Shown: piece by piece, positions 31,941-41,967 of the stretch
How the letters are laid out: each line of letters opens with the position of its first letter
Numbering within the stretch: the stretch's first letter is position 1
Source of the DNA: Alphaproteobacteria bacterium
GTDB taxonomy: Bacteria; Pseudomonadota; Alphaproteobacteria; UBA828
DNA: 64,000 nucleotides
NCBI GenBank assembly: GCA_965214705.1
Contig: OZ243972.1
Coordinates: 2,912,001 to 2,976,000, forward strand
Direction of reading: 5' to 3'
Made by a program: the position numbers and the translations under genes
The notes under the pieces: model-generated
Databases searched by the model: none
What the model saw: the letters and a program-made list of their open reading frames with translations, nothing else
Told to the model about the DNA's origin: nothing

Positions 31941-33434
31941 ATGACGATGTCGCAGCTTGAGAAATACCAGATGTACATTGGCGGCAAGTGGGTCGATCCG
32001 CTCTCGGCCGCGTGGCTCGAGTCCGACAATCCTTACGACGGCAAACCGTGGGCGCTTATCCCGCGCGGCAATGATGAGGACGCGAACCGCGCGGTCGCCG
32101 CGGCCAAAGCGGCGTTTACGAGCGGCGACTGGCCCAGCATGAATGCGACGAGCCGGGGTGCTCTCTTGCGCCGTCTCGGCGATCTGGTGGCGCGGGATGC
32201 TGAACGTCTTGCGGCCGTCGAAGTGCGCGACAACGGCAAGCTCATCAACGAGATGAGCGTTCAGCTCAAGTACGTCCCGCAGTGGTACTACTATTTCGGC
32301 GGCCTGGCGGACAAGGTCGAAGGCGCCGTCATCCCCACCGACAAGGCCAACATGTTCAACTACACCCGCCATGAGCCGCTCGGCGTGGTGGTGGCGATTA
32401 CGGCGTGGAATTCCCCGCTTCTCCTGGCAGCCTACAAGCTGGCGCCGGCGCTGGCCGCCGGAAACACCGTCGTGCTCAAGCCGTCTGAATTCACCTCGGC
32501 GTCTGCGCTGGAGTTTGCCAAACTCGTCGAAGAGGCCGGCTTCCCGCCAGGTGTCCTCAATGTGGCCACGGGTTATGGCCGGGAAGTCGGCGAAGCCCTG
32601 ATCTCGCATCCCGACGTGGCCAAGGTCGCCTTCACCGGCGGCAGCGCAACCGGCAAGCACATCTACGAGACGGCGGCGTCCAGTCTCAAACGGGTCACCC
32701 TCGAGCTCGGCGGCAAGTCTCCCAACATCGTGTTCGAGGATGCGGACCTCGAAGATGCGGTGAAGGGGGCGATCTCCGGCATCTTCGCAGCGACGGGGCA
32801 GACCTGCGTCGCGGGTTCACGCCTACTGCTGCATGAGCGTGTTCACGACGAGTTTGTCGACAGGCTCTTGGAGACCGCCAAGACGGCGCGCATGGGCGAT
32901 CCGATGGACGTGGAGACGCAGGTCGGTCCGGTGACAACCCCGCCGCAGTACGAAAAAGTCCTGAATTACATCGATATCGCCAAGGACGAGGGCGCCACCT
33001 GCGTGCTCGGGGGGCACGCCGCTCAGCGGCCGGAATGCGGCGACGGCTGGTTCGTCGAGCCGACCATCTTCGATGACGTGACTAACGACATGCGCATAGC
33101 GCAGGAGGAGGTTTTCGGCCCGGTGCTCTCGGTCATCCGCTTCGGCGACGAGGACGAAGCGGTCGAGATCGCCAACGATGTGATGTACGGCCTTGCCGCA
33201 GGCGTGTGGACGCAGAACGTGCGCCGGGCCATCACCATGGCCGACCGCCTCCAGGCCGGCACCGTGTGGGTCAATACCTACCGGGCGATCAGCTTCATGT
33301 CGCCCTTCGGCGGCTACAAGATGAGCGGACTGGGGCGGGAGAATGGTGCCGACGCAATCCGCGAGTATCTGCAGACGAAGAGCGTCTGGATCAGCACCGC
33401 GAGCGAAGTGCCTAACCCGTTCGTGCTGCGCTGA
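31941..33434 (+). CDS. NAD(P)-dependent aldehyde dehydrogenase
   Basis: ITAWNSP, VLKPSE, FTGGSATG, LELGGKSP, GQTCVAG, EEVFGPV, PFGGYKMSG. Confidence 0.96.
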   Translation: MTMSQLEKYQMYIGGKWVDPLSAAWLESDNPYDGKPWALIPRGNDEDANRAVAAAKAAFTSGDWPSMNATSRGALLRRLGDLVARDAERLAAVEVRDNGKLINEMSVQLKYVPQWYYYFGGLADKVEGAVIPTDKANMFNYTRHEPLGVVVAITAWNSPLLLAAYKLAPALAAGNTVVLKPSEFTSASALEFAKLVEEAGFPPGVLNVATGYGREVGEALISHPDVAKVAFTGGSATGKHIYETAASSLKRVTLELGGKSPNIVFEDADLEDAVKGAISGIFAATGQTCVAGSRLLLHERVHDEFVDRLLETAKTARMGDPMDVETQVGPVTTPPQYEKVLNYIDIAKDEGATCVLGGHAAQRPECGDGWFVEPTIFDDVTNDMRIAQEEVFGPVLSVIRFGDEDEAVEIANDVMYGLAAGVWTQNVRRAITMADRLQAGTVWVNTYRAISFMSPFGGYKMSGLGRENGADAIREYLQTKSVWISTASEVPNPFVLR

Positions 33435-33501
33435 GAGCGATTGCGGCGCTTAGCCTTGGGGCCGGCATGCCCGGCCCGGCAACGCTCAGTGGCCTCCTGC
33501 T

Positions 33502-34437
33502 TTACTCGGCGACCGCGTGAGCTGCCGGCGACAGCTCCACAAGGTCGGCGACAGCGGTTGTGTACCAGCCCTCGGCGCGCTTCTGCCAATAAAGATCGCG
33601 GAGCTGGCTCGTGGTCATGCCGGGCGCGCCGTTGCCGATGGGCTTGTCGTTGAGACGGGTGACGGGCATCAGCCCGCCGGCCGACGAGCAGATGAACATC
33701 TCGTCGGCGTCGTCGAGATCGGCTGGCATGAGGTCGGTGGCTTTCGCCTCCAGACCCGCCTCGGTGCAGAGTTCGAATACCGTCTTGCGTGTGATGCCCT
33801 CGAGCAGATTGTCTCTCGGCGTCAACGCCTCACGCCCCCGCAGGAGCCAGAGATTGAAGCCCGGTCCCTCCGCAATGTAGCCCTCGGTCGAGCAAAGCAG
33901 CGGAGCATCGGCGCCGGCGTTCAATGCCTCGAACTGGGCGCGCGTCAGATCCATGCGGTTGAAGTTCTTCGCCCGTTGGTCGATGGCGGCGTTGGGCGCG
34001 CGGCGTGTTTCCGCGACCCAGAGGTGAACGCCGTTCTGCGCGCAGGATTCCGGCACGGTCGTGTAGTAGGGCACAGCGTAGGCGATGAACTCGTTCTCGC
34101 AGAGGCGCGGGTCGCCCTTGGCGCGGCCATCGCTGAAGCGGCCGCGGGTGCAGAGCGCGAGGACGAGCGCATCCGAGAGACCCGCGCGATCCACGCACTG
34201 CGCCATGATGTGCATCATCTCGGCGTCGGAGTAGGGCGAGGTCATGTAGACGTGGTCGCAGGACGCGCGGAAGCGGGCCATGTGATCGTCGAGGCGGAAG
34301 AAGGCGCCGTCTGTTACCGACACGGCGTCGAAGACGACATCGCTGCAGCTGAAGGCCGGATCGAGAACGGAAATCGAAAGATCCTCGACCGGAAGATACG
34401 CGCCCTCGCGAAACGCGATTCCAGTGTGCTCGCTCAT
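33502..34437 (-). CDS. Fold-type IV PLP aminotransferase, (R)-amine-transaminase-like
   Basis: ISVLDPAFSCSDVVFDAV, FRLDDH..RF, IDQRAKNFNRMDL, AEGPGFN, LEGITR, SSAGG. Confidence 0.88.
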   Translation of the reverse strand: MSEHTGIAFREGAYLPVEDLSISVLDPAFSCSDVVFDAVSVTDGAFFRLDDHMARFRASCDHVYMTSPYSDAEMMHIMAQCVDRAGLSDALVLALCTRGRFSDGRAKGDPRLCENEFIAYAVPYYTTVPESCAQNGVHLWVAETRRAPNAAIDQRAKNFNRMDLTRAQFEALNAGADAPLLCSTEGYIAEGPGFNLWLLRGREALTPRDNLLEGITRKTVFELCTEAGLEAKATDLMPADLDDADEMFICSSAGGLMPVTRLNDKPIGNGAPGMTTSQLRDLYWQKRAEGWYTTAVADLVELSPAAHAVAE

Positions 34438-34451
34438 CGTGCGACTCCTCT

Positions 34452-36275
34452 CTATTCGGCCGCGGCCGCTCTCATCTCTCGGCGGGCCGCTTGCGTCGCA
34501 TCGAGGTCGAGCTCGTACTCAAGCGCCTCCCAGTCGATCTCGCGGACGACCACGCCGTAGTCGTGAAGCGCGCCGTCGATGCTCACATAGCCATCCTTCA
34601 CGTCTTCCATGACGGCGGCAGGGTCTCGTTCCAGCGGATCGCCGTAGCCGCCGCCACCGCCTGACCAGAGGTCGATCTTGTCGCCCTGGCGGACCTTGGC
34701 GCCGGATCGGAACATGCCGATATTGAACTCCTCGGCGCTTCCCATGTTGCGGACCAGCCGCTGGCCGTGGCCGGCCTTGCCGCCAAACAGCCCCCAGCCG
34801 GCGTTGCGTTCGCCATCGCCCATGACCGAGGCCGTGCCGATCTCGCCATCCATGTGGATGACGCGCTCGATTCCGAGCCCGCCCCGATATTTTCCCGGTC
34901 CGCCCGAGTCCGCGGCGAGCTCGTACTTCTCCCAACTGATGGGGAATTGCTGCTCGAACATCTCGACCGGCTGGTTGCGCGTGCCCGACGCATAGAGAGC
35001 GATGAAGGACTTGTTGTCGCGCGTGGCGCGGGCGCCGTAGCCACCCTCGGTCCAGCAGTAGAACACGTAAGGCGTGCCCTTAATGGGCGAGTTCTCCCTG
35101 GTATCGACACCGCCGATCACGACATTGATCAAGCTGGGCGAGGAGGCGATCACCCGCTCCGGCGTTATCTGGGAGAAGCAGCCGAACACGCAGTTGACGA
35201 TCTTTTGGTAGGCCCCCGACTGGCAGCCGACCACCGGTGCCGGGTAGCGGCAGTTCACGACGCTGCCCTCCGGCGCGATGATGTCGATGGCGTCGTAGAC
35301 GCCCTCATTGACCGGAATCTCGGGAAAGATCGCCTTGGTGGCGATGAAGCATGCCGACATCGTCATCGAGATCGGCGCATTGACGCCGCCTGCGGTCTGC
35401 GGGTCCGACTCGCTGAAATCGTAGATCAGCCGACCGTCCTTGATCCTGATCGTGAGCTGAACCTTGATCATCTTCTTGTCGGCCTCGGCGATTCCGGGGT
35501 CCTCGTCGATGTAATCGGTCCAGGTGAAGCTGCCTTCGGGCAACGCACGAATGGCGGAGCGCAGCAGTCGCTCCGAATATCGAATATACTCCTGCATGAC
35601 CGCGGAAACGGTCTCCTTGCCGTATCGGGCGTACAGCTCGTGCAGCCGCTTCTCGCCGGTCTGAAGCGAGGAGATCATCGCCCGGATGTCGCCGCGCGAC
35701 GATATCGGCAGACGCAGATTGGCGAGAATGAGCTTCTCGACGTCCTCCACGACGGCATCATCCGAGGCGATCTTGATCGGCGGGATGCAGAGGCCCTCCG
35801 CGATCGAGTCACAGGCGTCTACCGGGAAGCTGCCGGGTGTCTGCCCGCCCACGTCCGGCCAATGGCCCGAGTTGCTGACGAAGGCCACGATCTGGCCCTC
35901 CCAGAACACCGGCCGGAGCATCCGCACGTCCGGCTTGTGCGTTCCACCTCGGTAGGGATCGTTGCAGATGTAAACGTCGCCGGGACGCATGTCCTCCTTC
36001 GGGCATTCCTTCAGGAAGGCCTTGGTCGACGGCGACATCATGGTGATGAAGCAGGGGAAGTCCTCCTCGCCCTGCATGACGAGCCCGCCGTCCGGCGTCA
36101 GGACCGCAGCGCTGAAGTCCTGCCCCTGATTGATGACCATGGACATGGCGCCCTTCATGAGGACGATACCGGCCTCGTTGCACACCGCCTGCAGGGCGCC
36201 GCGAATCACCTCGAACGTGATCTGGTCGACGCCGGCGGCGGCGTTCTCGCCCGTGAACTGGATTTGCTCTTGCAT
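34452..36275 (-). CDS. Hydantoinase B / oxoprolinase family subunit
   Basis: DFSAA, PGDVYICNDPYRGGTHKPD, GHWPDVGG..PGS, EGLCIPP, DSGGPGKYRGG, GGGGYGDP. Confidence 0.94.
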   Translation of the reverse strand: MQEQIQFTGENAAAGVDQITFEVIRGALQAVCNEAGIVLMKGAMSMVINQGQDFSAAVLTPDGGLVMQGEEDFPCFITMMSPSTKAFLKECPKEDMRPGDVYICNDPYRGGTHKPDVRMLRPVFWEGQIVAFVSNSGHWPDVGGQTPGSFPVDACDSIAEGLCIPPIKIASDDAVVEDVEKLILANLRLPISSRGDIRAMISSLQTGEKRLHELYARYGKETVSAVMQEYIRYSERLLRSAIRALPEGSFTWTDYIDEDPGIAEADKKMIKVQLTIRIKDGRLIYDFSESDPQTAGGVNAPISMTMSACFIATKAIFPEIPVNEGVYDAIDIIAPEGSVVNCRYPAPVVGCQSGAYQKIVNCVFGCFSQITPERVIASSPSLINVVIGGVDTRENSPIKGTPYVFYCWTEGGYGARATRDNKSFIALYASGTRNQPVEMFEQQFPISWEKYELAADSGGPGKYRGGLGIERVIHMDGEIGTASVMGDGERNAGWGLFGGKAGHGQRLVRNMGSAEEFNIGMFRSGAKVRQGDKIDLWSGGGGGYGDPLERDPAAVMEDVKDGYVSIDGALHDYGVVVREIDWEALEYELDLDATQAARREMRAAAAE

Positions 36276-36307
36276 CTCGGCCCTCCGTGAAGGGGTTGGG
36301 CGCCCTG

Positions 36308-38368
36308 CTAGGCTGCGCCCGTCTCCAGGATGAGGTTGAAGTAGTGGTCAACGTCCGCGCTCATGCCAGGCCTGATCAGCACGGTCGAATCCATCTGCTC
36401 GACGATTGCGGGCCCGAGAAGCTGCGCGCCTGGCAGCAACCTGTCGCGGTCATATACCTTGGTCGAGACGAAGCCGCTCTCCTCCTCGAAGTAGACATCC
36501 CGCGCGCCGGTCTCGGCCGCGGCGGCCGTCCCAGTGCGGTCGCTCTGCGTGAGAGACGGCCGGTCGATCAGACCGTGGGCGACGAGCCGGATGAGCTGGA
36601 GCTCCACCGGAATCTCGTCGAGCACGTAGTTGTATTCCCGCTCGTGCTCGGAGGCGAAGCGGGCGAGCGCCGTGTCGAGGGCGGCCTGATCAAACGGCCG
36701 TCCCTCGATCGCGACGGAAAGCGGGACCGCCTCGAAGCCGCCGTAGTACTTGAAGTTCGCGATCCGCTGCAGAAGCATGCGTCCGTCGTCAAAGCCCGAT
36801 GCCCGCAGCATGTCGCGGGCCGTCGCCTCCATCTCCGCGAACTCCGCTTCGATCTCGGCGCAATCCAGCTGATCGGCGCGGCAAATCCGCGTTCTCGAGA
36901 AATCGTAGCGGACATCCGCAAAGAGCAGACCGAGCGCCGAGGTGAGCCCCGGGTTCGGTGGCACGATGACCTTGGGAATGCTCATCTGCAAGGCGAGTTC
37001 GGCGCAGTGCAGAGGCCCCGCGCCCCCGAATGCAACCAACGCGAACTCGCGCGGATCATAGCCCCGCTCGGTGGTCACCTGACGCATGGCCTGGACCATG
37101 TTGGCGTTGGAGACCGTGATGATACCATTCGCAGCCTTGGTGATATCCATGCCGAGGCGCTCGGCGATCCGCTGCACGGCCTCTTGTGCGAGCGCGGGCC
37201 GAAGCTTCATGGCGCCGCCGGCCAGCCCTTCCGGTTTGAGCGCGCCGAGGACCATGTTGGCATCGGTGTTGGTCGCCTCAGTCCCTCCGGCGCCGTAGCA
37301 GGTGGGCCCCGGCGCCGAGCCCGCGCTGGCAGGCCCGCTCTTCAGCACACCGCCTTCGTCGATCCAGGCGATGGTGCCACCACCGGCGCCGATGGTGATG
37401 AGATCGATCGAGGGAAAGACCACGGGAATGCCGAAATCGATCTTGGACTCCTCGGTTGTCCGGATCTCCCCCTTGAAGATCGTCGCGATGTCGGCGCTCG
37501 TGCCGCCCATGTCGAGGCTGATGATGTTGCGGACGCCGGCGAGCTGGCCCAACGCCTTGGCGGCGATAGCGCCGGCTGCCGGGCCCGACATGATCGTCCG
37601 CGCCGCGTTACGCCCGGCGCCCTCGGGCGTGGTCACACCGCCCGAGGACTGCATGACGAGAATTTCGCCGCCGTAGCGCTCGTCGCGGAACTCCTTGCTG
37701 AGTTGATCCATGTAGCGCCGAACGATCGGCTCAAGATAGGCGTTGACCACCGCCGTCGAGGTGCGCTCGAACTCGAAAATCACGGGGATCAGCTCCGACG
37801 AGAGCGTGATCGACGCGTCCGGGCATTCTTCCCGAAGGATCCGCCCCATCGCGCGCTCGTTCTCCGGGTTCAGAAAGGCGTTGAGGAAACTGACCGCGAT
37901 GGACTCAATGCCGCGCTTGCGGAAGGCCCGGCCCGCGGCGCGCGCCTCGCTTTCGTCCACCGTCGTCAGGACGTTACCGAGATAGTCGACCCGCTCGCTG
38001 ACGGTGAGGCGATCCCGGCGCGGCACCAGTGGCGGCGACGGTTCCCACGATACGTCGTACATGCCTTCGCGGGGACGGTTGGCCCGCCTGATCTCGATGA
38101 GATCGCGAAACCCCTTGGTGCCGACGAGGCCTGTTCTCGCGCCGGTGCGTGCGACCACGGCGTTTGTCGCGATCGTCAGACCGTGGAGGAAGATCTCCAT
38201 CTCCTCGAAGGAGACATCGGCCTCGCGCACGGCATCGACCACGCCCCGCTGGTAGTCGGGATACGTGGTCGGCACCTTGGTGAAACGAAAATTGCCGTCC
38301 GCGTCCACCGCCACGAGATCCGTGAAGGTTCCGCCTACGTCAACGGCCACTCGATGTCGCGTGCTCAT
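36308..38368 (-). CDS. Hydantoinase A / oxoprolinase family subunit
   Basis: VAVDVGGTFTD, EFERTST, MQSSGG, SGPAAG, DMGGTS, GAGGG, GPASAGS.PGP.CYG, FGGAGPLH; true start ATG 38368 (TGATG overlap). Confidence 0.94.
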   Translation of the reverse strand: MSTRHRVAVDVGGTFTDLVAVDADGNFRFTKVPTTYPDYQRGVVDAVREADVSFEEMEIFLHGLTIATNAVVARTGARTGLVGTKGFRDLIEIRRANRPREGMYDVSWEPSPPLVPRRDRLTVSERVDYLGNVLTTVDESEARAAGRAFRKRGIESIAVSFLNAFLNPENERAMGRILREECPDASITLSSELIPVIFEFERTSTAVVNAYLEPIVRRYMDQLSKEFRDERYGGEILVMQSSGGVTTPEGAGRNAARTIMSGPAAGAIAAKALGQLAGVRNIISLDMGGTSADIATIFKGEIRTTEESKIDFGIPVVFPSIDLITIGAGGGTIAWIDEGGVLKSGPASAGSAPGPTCYGAGGTEATNTDANMVLGALKPEGLAGGAMKLRPALAQEAVQRIAERLGMDITKAANGIITVSNANMVQAMRQVTTERGYDPREFALVAFGGAGPLHCAELALQMSIPKVIVPPNPGLTSALGLLFADVRYDFSRTRICRADQLDCAEIEAEFAEMEATARDMLRASGFDDGRMLLQRIANFKYYGGFEAVPLSVAIEGRPFDQAALDTALARFASEHEREYNYVLDEIPVELQLIRLVAHGLIDRPSLTQSDRTGTAAAAETGARDVYFEEESGFVSTKVYDRDRLLPGAQLLGPAIVEQMDSTVLIRPGMSADVDHYFNLILETGAA

Positions 38369-39438
38369 CAGCGCTTCCCCGGCTTCATGGGGTGAGATTC
38401 TGCCGGCAGCCCTCTCACGAGGCGCCAACCGGCCCACTCTTTCACCCGATACCATTCTAGCTCCTGCCCGCTCGTGATGCCGCGGGGCCTGAGAATCAGG
38501 ATCGCCAGCATGACGAGCGCAAGCCCTACCTCGCGGAGGTTGAGCACGCCGCTCGCGAGCTCGATGCGGAGCAGAAGCTCCCCGATCGTGGTGACGACAA
38601 GCGTGCCGATGACCGCTCCCCACAGGCTGTTCATGCCTCCGACCACGAGCATGGCGAGCGTCATGAACGTGATCCCGAGGTAGAAACTCTCCGGGCTGCC
38701 GATACCCAAGAAATGAATGTGCAGGCCGCCGCCCGCGCCGACGATGAAGGCGCTGAGGCAGAAGGCGAAGACCCGGTGCCAGACCACGTTCACGCCGATC
38801 GACGCAGCCGCGCCCTGGTCCTCCCGCGCTGCCCGGAGCCTCAGTCCGAAGCGCGAAATCTGGAAAAGATAGGCGACGGCGATGGCCGCGAGCGCCCAGA
38901 CCAGCGTCGACCAGAGACCGGTCGTGCGCGGCACGCCGGGCATCGAGGCCGCCCCGCCGGTCATGTCGTTCCAATTGCTGGCGACGACGTAGGTGATTTG
39001 CAGCACCGCGAGCGAGGCGATGCCGGCGGCGAGGCCCGAGAGCTGCATCAGCGGAATCGCGACGATGAAGGCGACGACGGCTGCGACTGCCGCCCCCAAT
39101 ATGACCGCCGGCACGGTGGGCAGCAGCTCGGTGCCGAGAGGCCCCGGCAGGTTGGGCAGCAGCACGTTCCGCATGGTGAGCGGGATGGTCAGTGCGCCCG
39201 AGATGTAGGCGCCCACCGCCATGAAGCTCATCTGCCCGAAGGACAAGATGCCCGAGTTGCCCACGAAGGTGTAAAGGCCGACCACCAGGATCAGGTTGAC
39301 CAGACCGAGCGTGGCAATGCGGTTGAGCCCGGCGTCGCCGACGCCGGCCACGATGGCCACGACGACGACGACCAACAGGCTCGGACCCGCCACGGGCGTG
39401 AGCCCCGCCATTATCTGGTCGTGCTTGCGGACGGACAT
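38368..39438 (-). CDS. Branched-chain amino acid-type ABC permease (LivM-like)
   Basis: G.LSFGQ..F..VGAY, SRFG..LRA.RED..AA.S.GV, LVVGG..S..GA. Confidence 0.9.
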   Translation of the reverse strand: MSVRKHDQIMAGLTPVAGPSLLVVVVVAIVAGVGDAGLNRIATLGLVNLILVVGLYTFVGNSGILSFGQMSFMAVGAYISGALTIPLTMRNVLLPNLPGPLGTELLPTVPAVILGAAVAAVVAFIVAIPLMQLSGLAAGIASLAVLQITYVVASNWNDMTGGAASMPGVPRTTGLWSTLVWALAAIAVAYLFQISRFGLRLRAAREDQGAAASIGVNVVWHRVFAFCLSAFIVGAGGGLHIHFLGIGSPESFYLGITFMTLAMLVVGGMNSLWGAVIGTLVVTTIGELLLRIELASGVLNLREVGLALVMLAILILRPRGITSGQELEWYRVKEWAGWRLVRGLPAESHPMKPGKR

Positions 39439-40316
39439 CAGAGAATCTGCCGTCGGCTGTGGCGCTGCAGAAGGCCCTGCGGGCGGAGCAGCAGGATCGC
39501 GATGACGATGGTGAACACGAAGGCATCCCGGAACGGCGAGAGTTCCAGGGGCAACGCGATCTGGAAAACGACCGTCATGACACCGAGGAGGAAGCCGCCG
39601 GCGGTCGCGGCCGACAGGTTGCCCATGCCGCCCACGACGGTGCCGACAAAGGCCACGAGCGTGATGCTGATCCCCGTCGTCGGCACCACCGCGCCGACCT
39701 GCGAGAGGAATATGAGCGACACCGTGCCTGCGAGGAATCCACTGATCGCGAAGGAGACGGCGATCACCCGGTTCGCGCGAACGCCGAGCAACCGGGCCAT
39801 CCGAAAATCCTCGGCCGCCGAGCGCATGTGAAGCCCGATCGAGGTCCATTTCAGACCCATCGCCAGGGCCGCAACGAGCAGGATCGTCACCGCAACGGTG
39901 ACGACGCCGAGCTTCTGAATCCGCACGTCGCCGATCTTGAACAGCTCGAGCACGAACATCGGCATCATCACCGGCCGCGCGTTCGAGGTGAGCGTTGCCG
40001 ACATGATGTTTTGCAGGAGATAGCTCACAGTGAAGGACGTGATCAGCAGGGTGGCCGCGCTTGCGCCGCGCACGGGGCGGAACGCCGTCCGCTCCATGAG
40101 CAGCGCAAGCAGGGTCGTGGTGGCGAGCGTGCCGAGAATGAGCAGCGGCCACGGGTAGGGGCTGAGGGCCGCCATCGAATAGCCGCCGACCATGATCAAG
40201 TCGCCGTGGGCGAAGTTGATCAGCTTCATCACGCCGAGGATCAGGGCGATGCCGAGCACGGCGAGCGCATAGAGGCTGCCAAGGCTGATCGCATCGACGA
40301 AGTGCTGAGCGATCAT
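39438..40316 (-). CDS. Branched-chain amino acid-type ABC permease (LivH-like)
   Basis: GSLYAL..LG, INFAHGD, G..MR..AED...A.LLGV, VVGGMG, RPQGL. Confidence 0.92.
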   Translation of the reverse strand: MIAQHFVDAISLGSLYALAVLGIALILGVMKLINFAHGDLIMVGGYSMAALSPYPWPLLILGTLATTTLLALLMERTAFRPVRGASAATLLITSFTVSYLLQNIMSATLTSNARPVMMPMFVLELFKIGDVRIQKLGVVTVAVTILLVAALAMGLKWTSIGLHMRSAAEDFRMARLLGVRANRVIAVSFAISGFLAGTVSLIFLSQVGAVVPTTGISITLVAFVGTVVGGMGNLSAATAGGFLLGVMTVVFQIALPLELSPFRDAFVFTIVIAILLLRPQGLLQRHSRRQIL

Positions 40317-40336
40317 CGTGCGACGCTCGGGGGCAC

Positions 40337-41854
40337 CTAGGCTGCCGACGTGGTCTGCACGTCGAGACCGAGTTGATCGATGTAGGACTTGACGATATCG
40401 GCCCTGATCGTGGCGTCGGTGCCCTCGCCCTCCAGCGCGATCTCGCCGCGCCGGAGAACGTAGATGCGGTCGCTCATCTCGATGGTCGCCAGCGCGTTCT
40501 GCTCGACGAGGAGGATGGAGACGCCTTCGTCACGCAACGCCGCGAGGGAATCGAATACGCGCTCGACAAGGATCGGCGCGAGGCCGAGGGAGGGCTCGTC
40601 CACCAGCAGCAGTTGCGGGCGGGTGAGCAGGGCGCGGGCGATCGCAAGCTGCTGCTGCTGACCGCCGGAGAGATTCCCGCCGCGCGAGGTACGGCGCTCA
40701 CCGAGTATTGGAAACCGTTCGTAGAGCTCCTCCAGATCGCGCGTCGTTTGCTGCTTTTCGGTTCGGGTAGCGGCCGCCACCTTGAGATTCTCTTCGACTG
40801 TAAGCTGCGCGAAGATGTGCCGCCGCTCGGGCACCAGGGAAACGCCCTTGCGCACGATGTCCTCCGGTGCTTGACGCACCAGCGACTCATCGCCGAGCTG
40901 CACGCCTCCCTGTGTCGGCCGCAACACGCCGGCGATCGTGAGCAGCAGCGTCGACTTGCCGGCGCCGTTGGGCCCGACGACGCCCACCATCTCTCCTCGC
41001 CGGACCTTGAGCGATACGCCTCTGAGCGCCGGCACCCGGCCATAGCTGACATGCAAGTCTGCGACCGAGAGAAGCTCAGGGGCCTCTTCACGCTCGCTCG
41101 GCACTGGAGCGGGGGTCTGATCCGTGACCTGCGCCCCGAGCTTTCTGGTGCCCAGATACGCGGTGATGACCGCGTCGTTCTTTTGAACCTCATCCGGCGA
41201 GCCGGTGGCGATGGTTTGCCCGTTGTCCAGCACGTGAATGCTGTCGCAGAGATTCATCACGAGCCGCATGTCGTGCTCGATGATCAGAACGCCGCAGCCC
41301 TCGCTCTCCCTGATCCGCGAGATCAGGGCCACCAGTTCGTCGCCCTCCGCTTCGTTCAGGCCCGCCGCCGGTTCATCGAGGAGGAGAAACTGCGGGCGCG
41401 TCGCGATGGCGCGGGCGATGCCGACACGCTGCTCCTCCCCGAAGGAGAGCTTCTCGGTGGGCAGATGCGCCCTCGGCAGGAGACCGACCCACTCGAGCAC
41501 CTCGGAGGCGCGGCGCTTGGCCTCGCGTCGCCCGAGGCCAACACCGACGGCTGCGACCTCTACGTTCTCGGATACCGTCAGGCCGCGAAACAGACGGACA
41601 TTCTGGAACGTCCGCGCCAATCCGCTCTTCGCCAGTCGATTGGGCGACCATATCGTCACCGTCTCTTCGCCGAGCGTGACCGATCCGCTCCTGAGCGGCA
41701 CGAAGCCGCTCAGCGCGTTCATGAGTGTTGTCTTGCCTGCGCCGTTCGGGCCGATCAGGCCGAGGATTTCGCCGGGATCGAGCTTGATATCAACGCCGTC
41801 TACGGCCTTGACACCCTCGAAGTAGACTCGAAGGTCCTCGCCTTTCAGGCTCAT
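40337..41854 (-). CDS. Fused LivG-LivF-like ABC ATPase
   Basis: Two NBDs: GPNGAGKTT...RTFQ...LDEPAAG...EHDM and GPNGAGKST...LSGGQQQ...DEPSLGLAP...VEQN. Confidence 0.92.
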   Translation of the reverse strand: MSLKGEDLRVYFEGVKAVDGVDIKLDPGEILGLIGPNGAGKTTLMNALSGFVPLRSGSVTLGEETVTIWSPNRLAKSGLARTFQNVRLFRGLTVSENVEVAAVGVGLGRREAKRRASEVLEWVGLLPRAHLPTEKLSFGEEQRVGIARAIATRPQFLLLDEPAAGLNEAEGDELVALISRIRESEGCGVLIIEHDMRLVMNLCDSIHVLDNGQTIATGSPDEVQKNDAVITAYLGTRKLGAQVTDQTPAPVPSEREEAPELLSVADLHVSYGRVPALRGVSLKVRRGEMVGVVGPNGAGKSTLLLTIAGVLRPTQGGVQLGDESLVRQAPEDIVRKGVSLVPERRHIFAQLTVEENLKVAAATRTEKQQTTRDLEELYERFPILGERRTSRGGNLSGGQQQQLAIARALLTRPQLLLVDEPSLGLAPILVERVFDSLAALRDEGVSILLVEQNALATIEMSDRIYVLRRGEIALEGEGTDATIRADIVKSYIDQLGLDVQTTSAA

Positions 41855-41967
41855 GTGTTCCCGCAGTTCCGGGTTGATTGGCGTTCCGCGTGGTCGACCG
41901 CTCGATCGTTACGCGCGTAGACGCCGGCTGCGCGAACGGCAGCCGGCATCAATCGCAAGCCCGAAAC

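Noticed and set aside
36308-40152. Apparent 1072-aa HyuA and 594-aa permease with long N-terminal extensions
   Set aside because: The extensions are alternate frames of the upstream permease genes; real starts are at TGATG overlaps (38368, 39438). The same applies to 47982..49787 and 49442..52660
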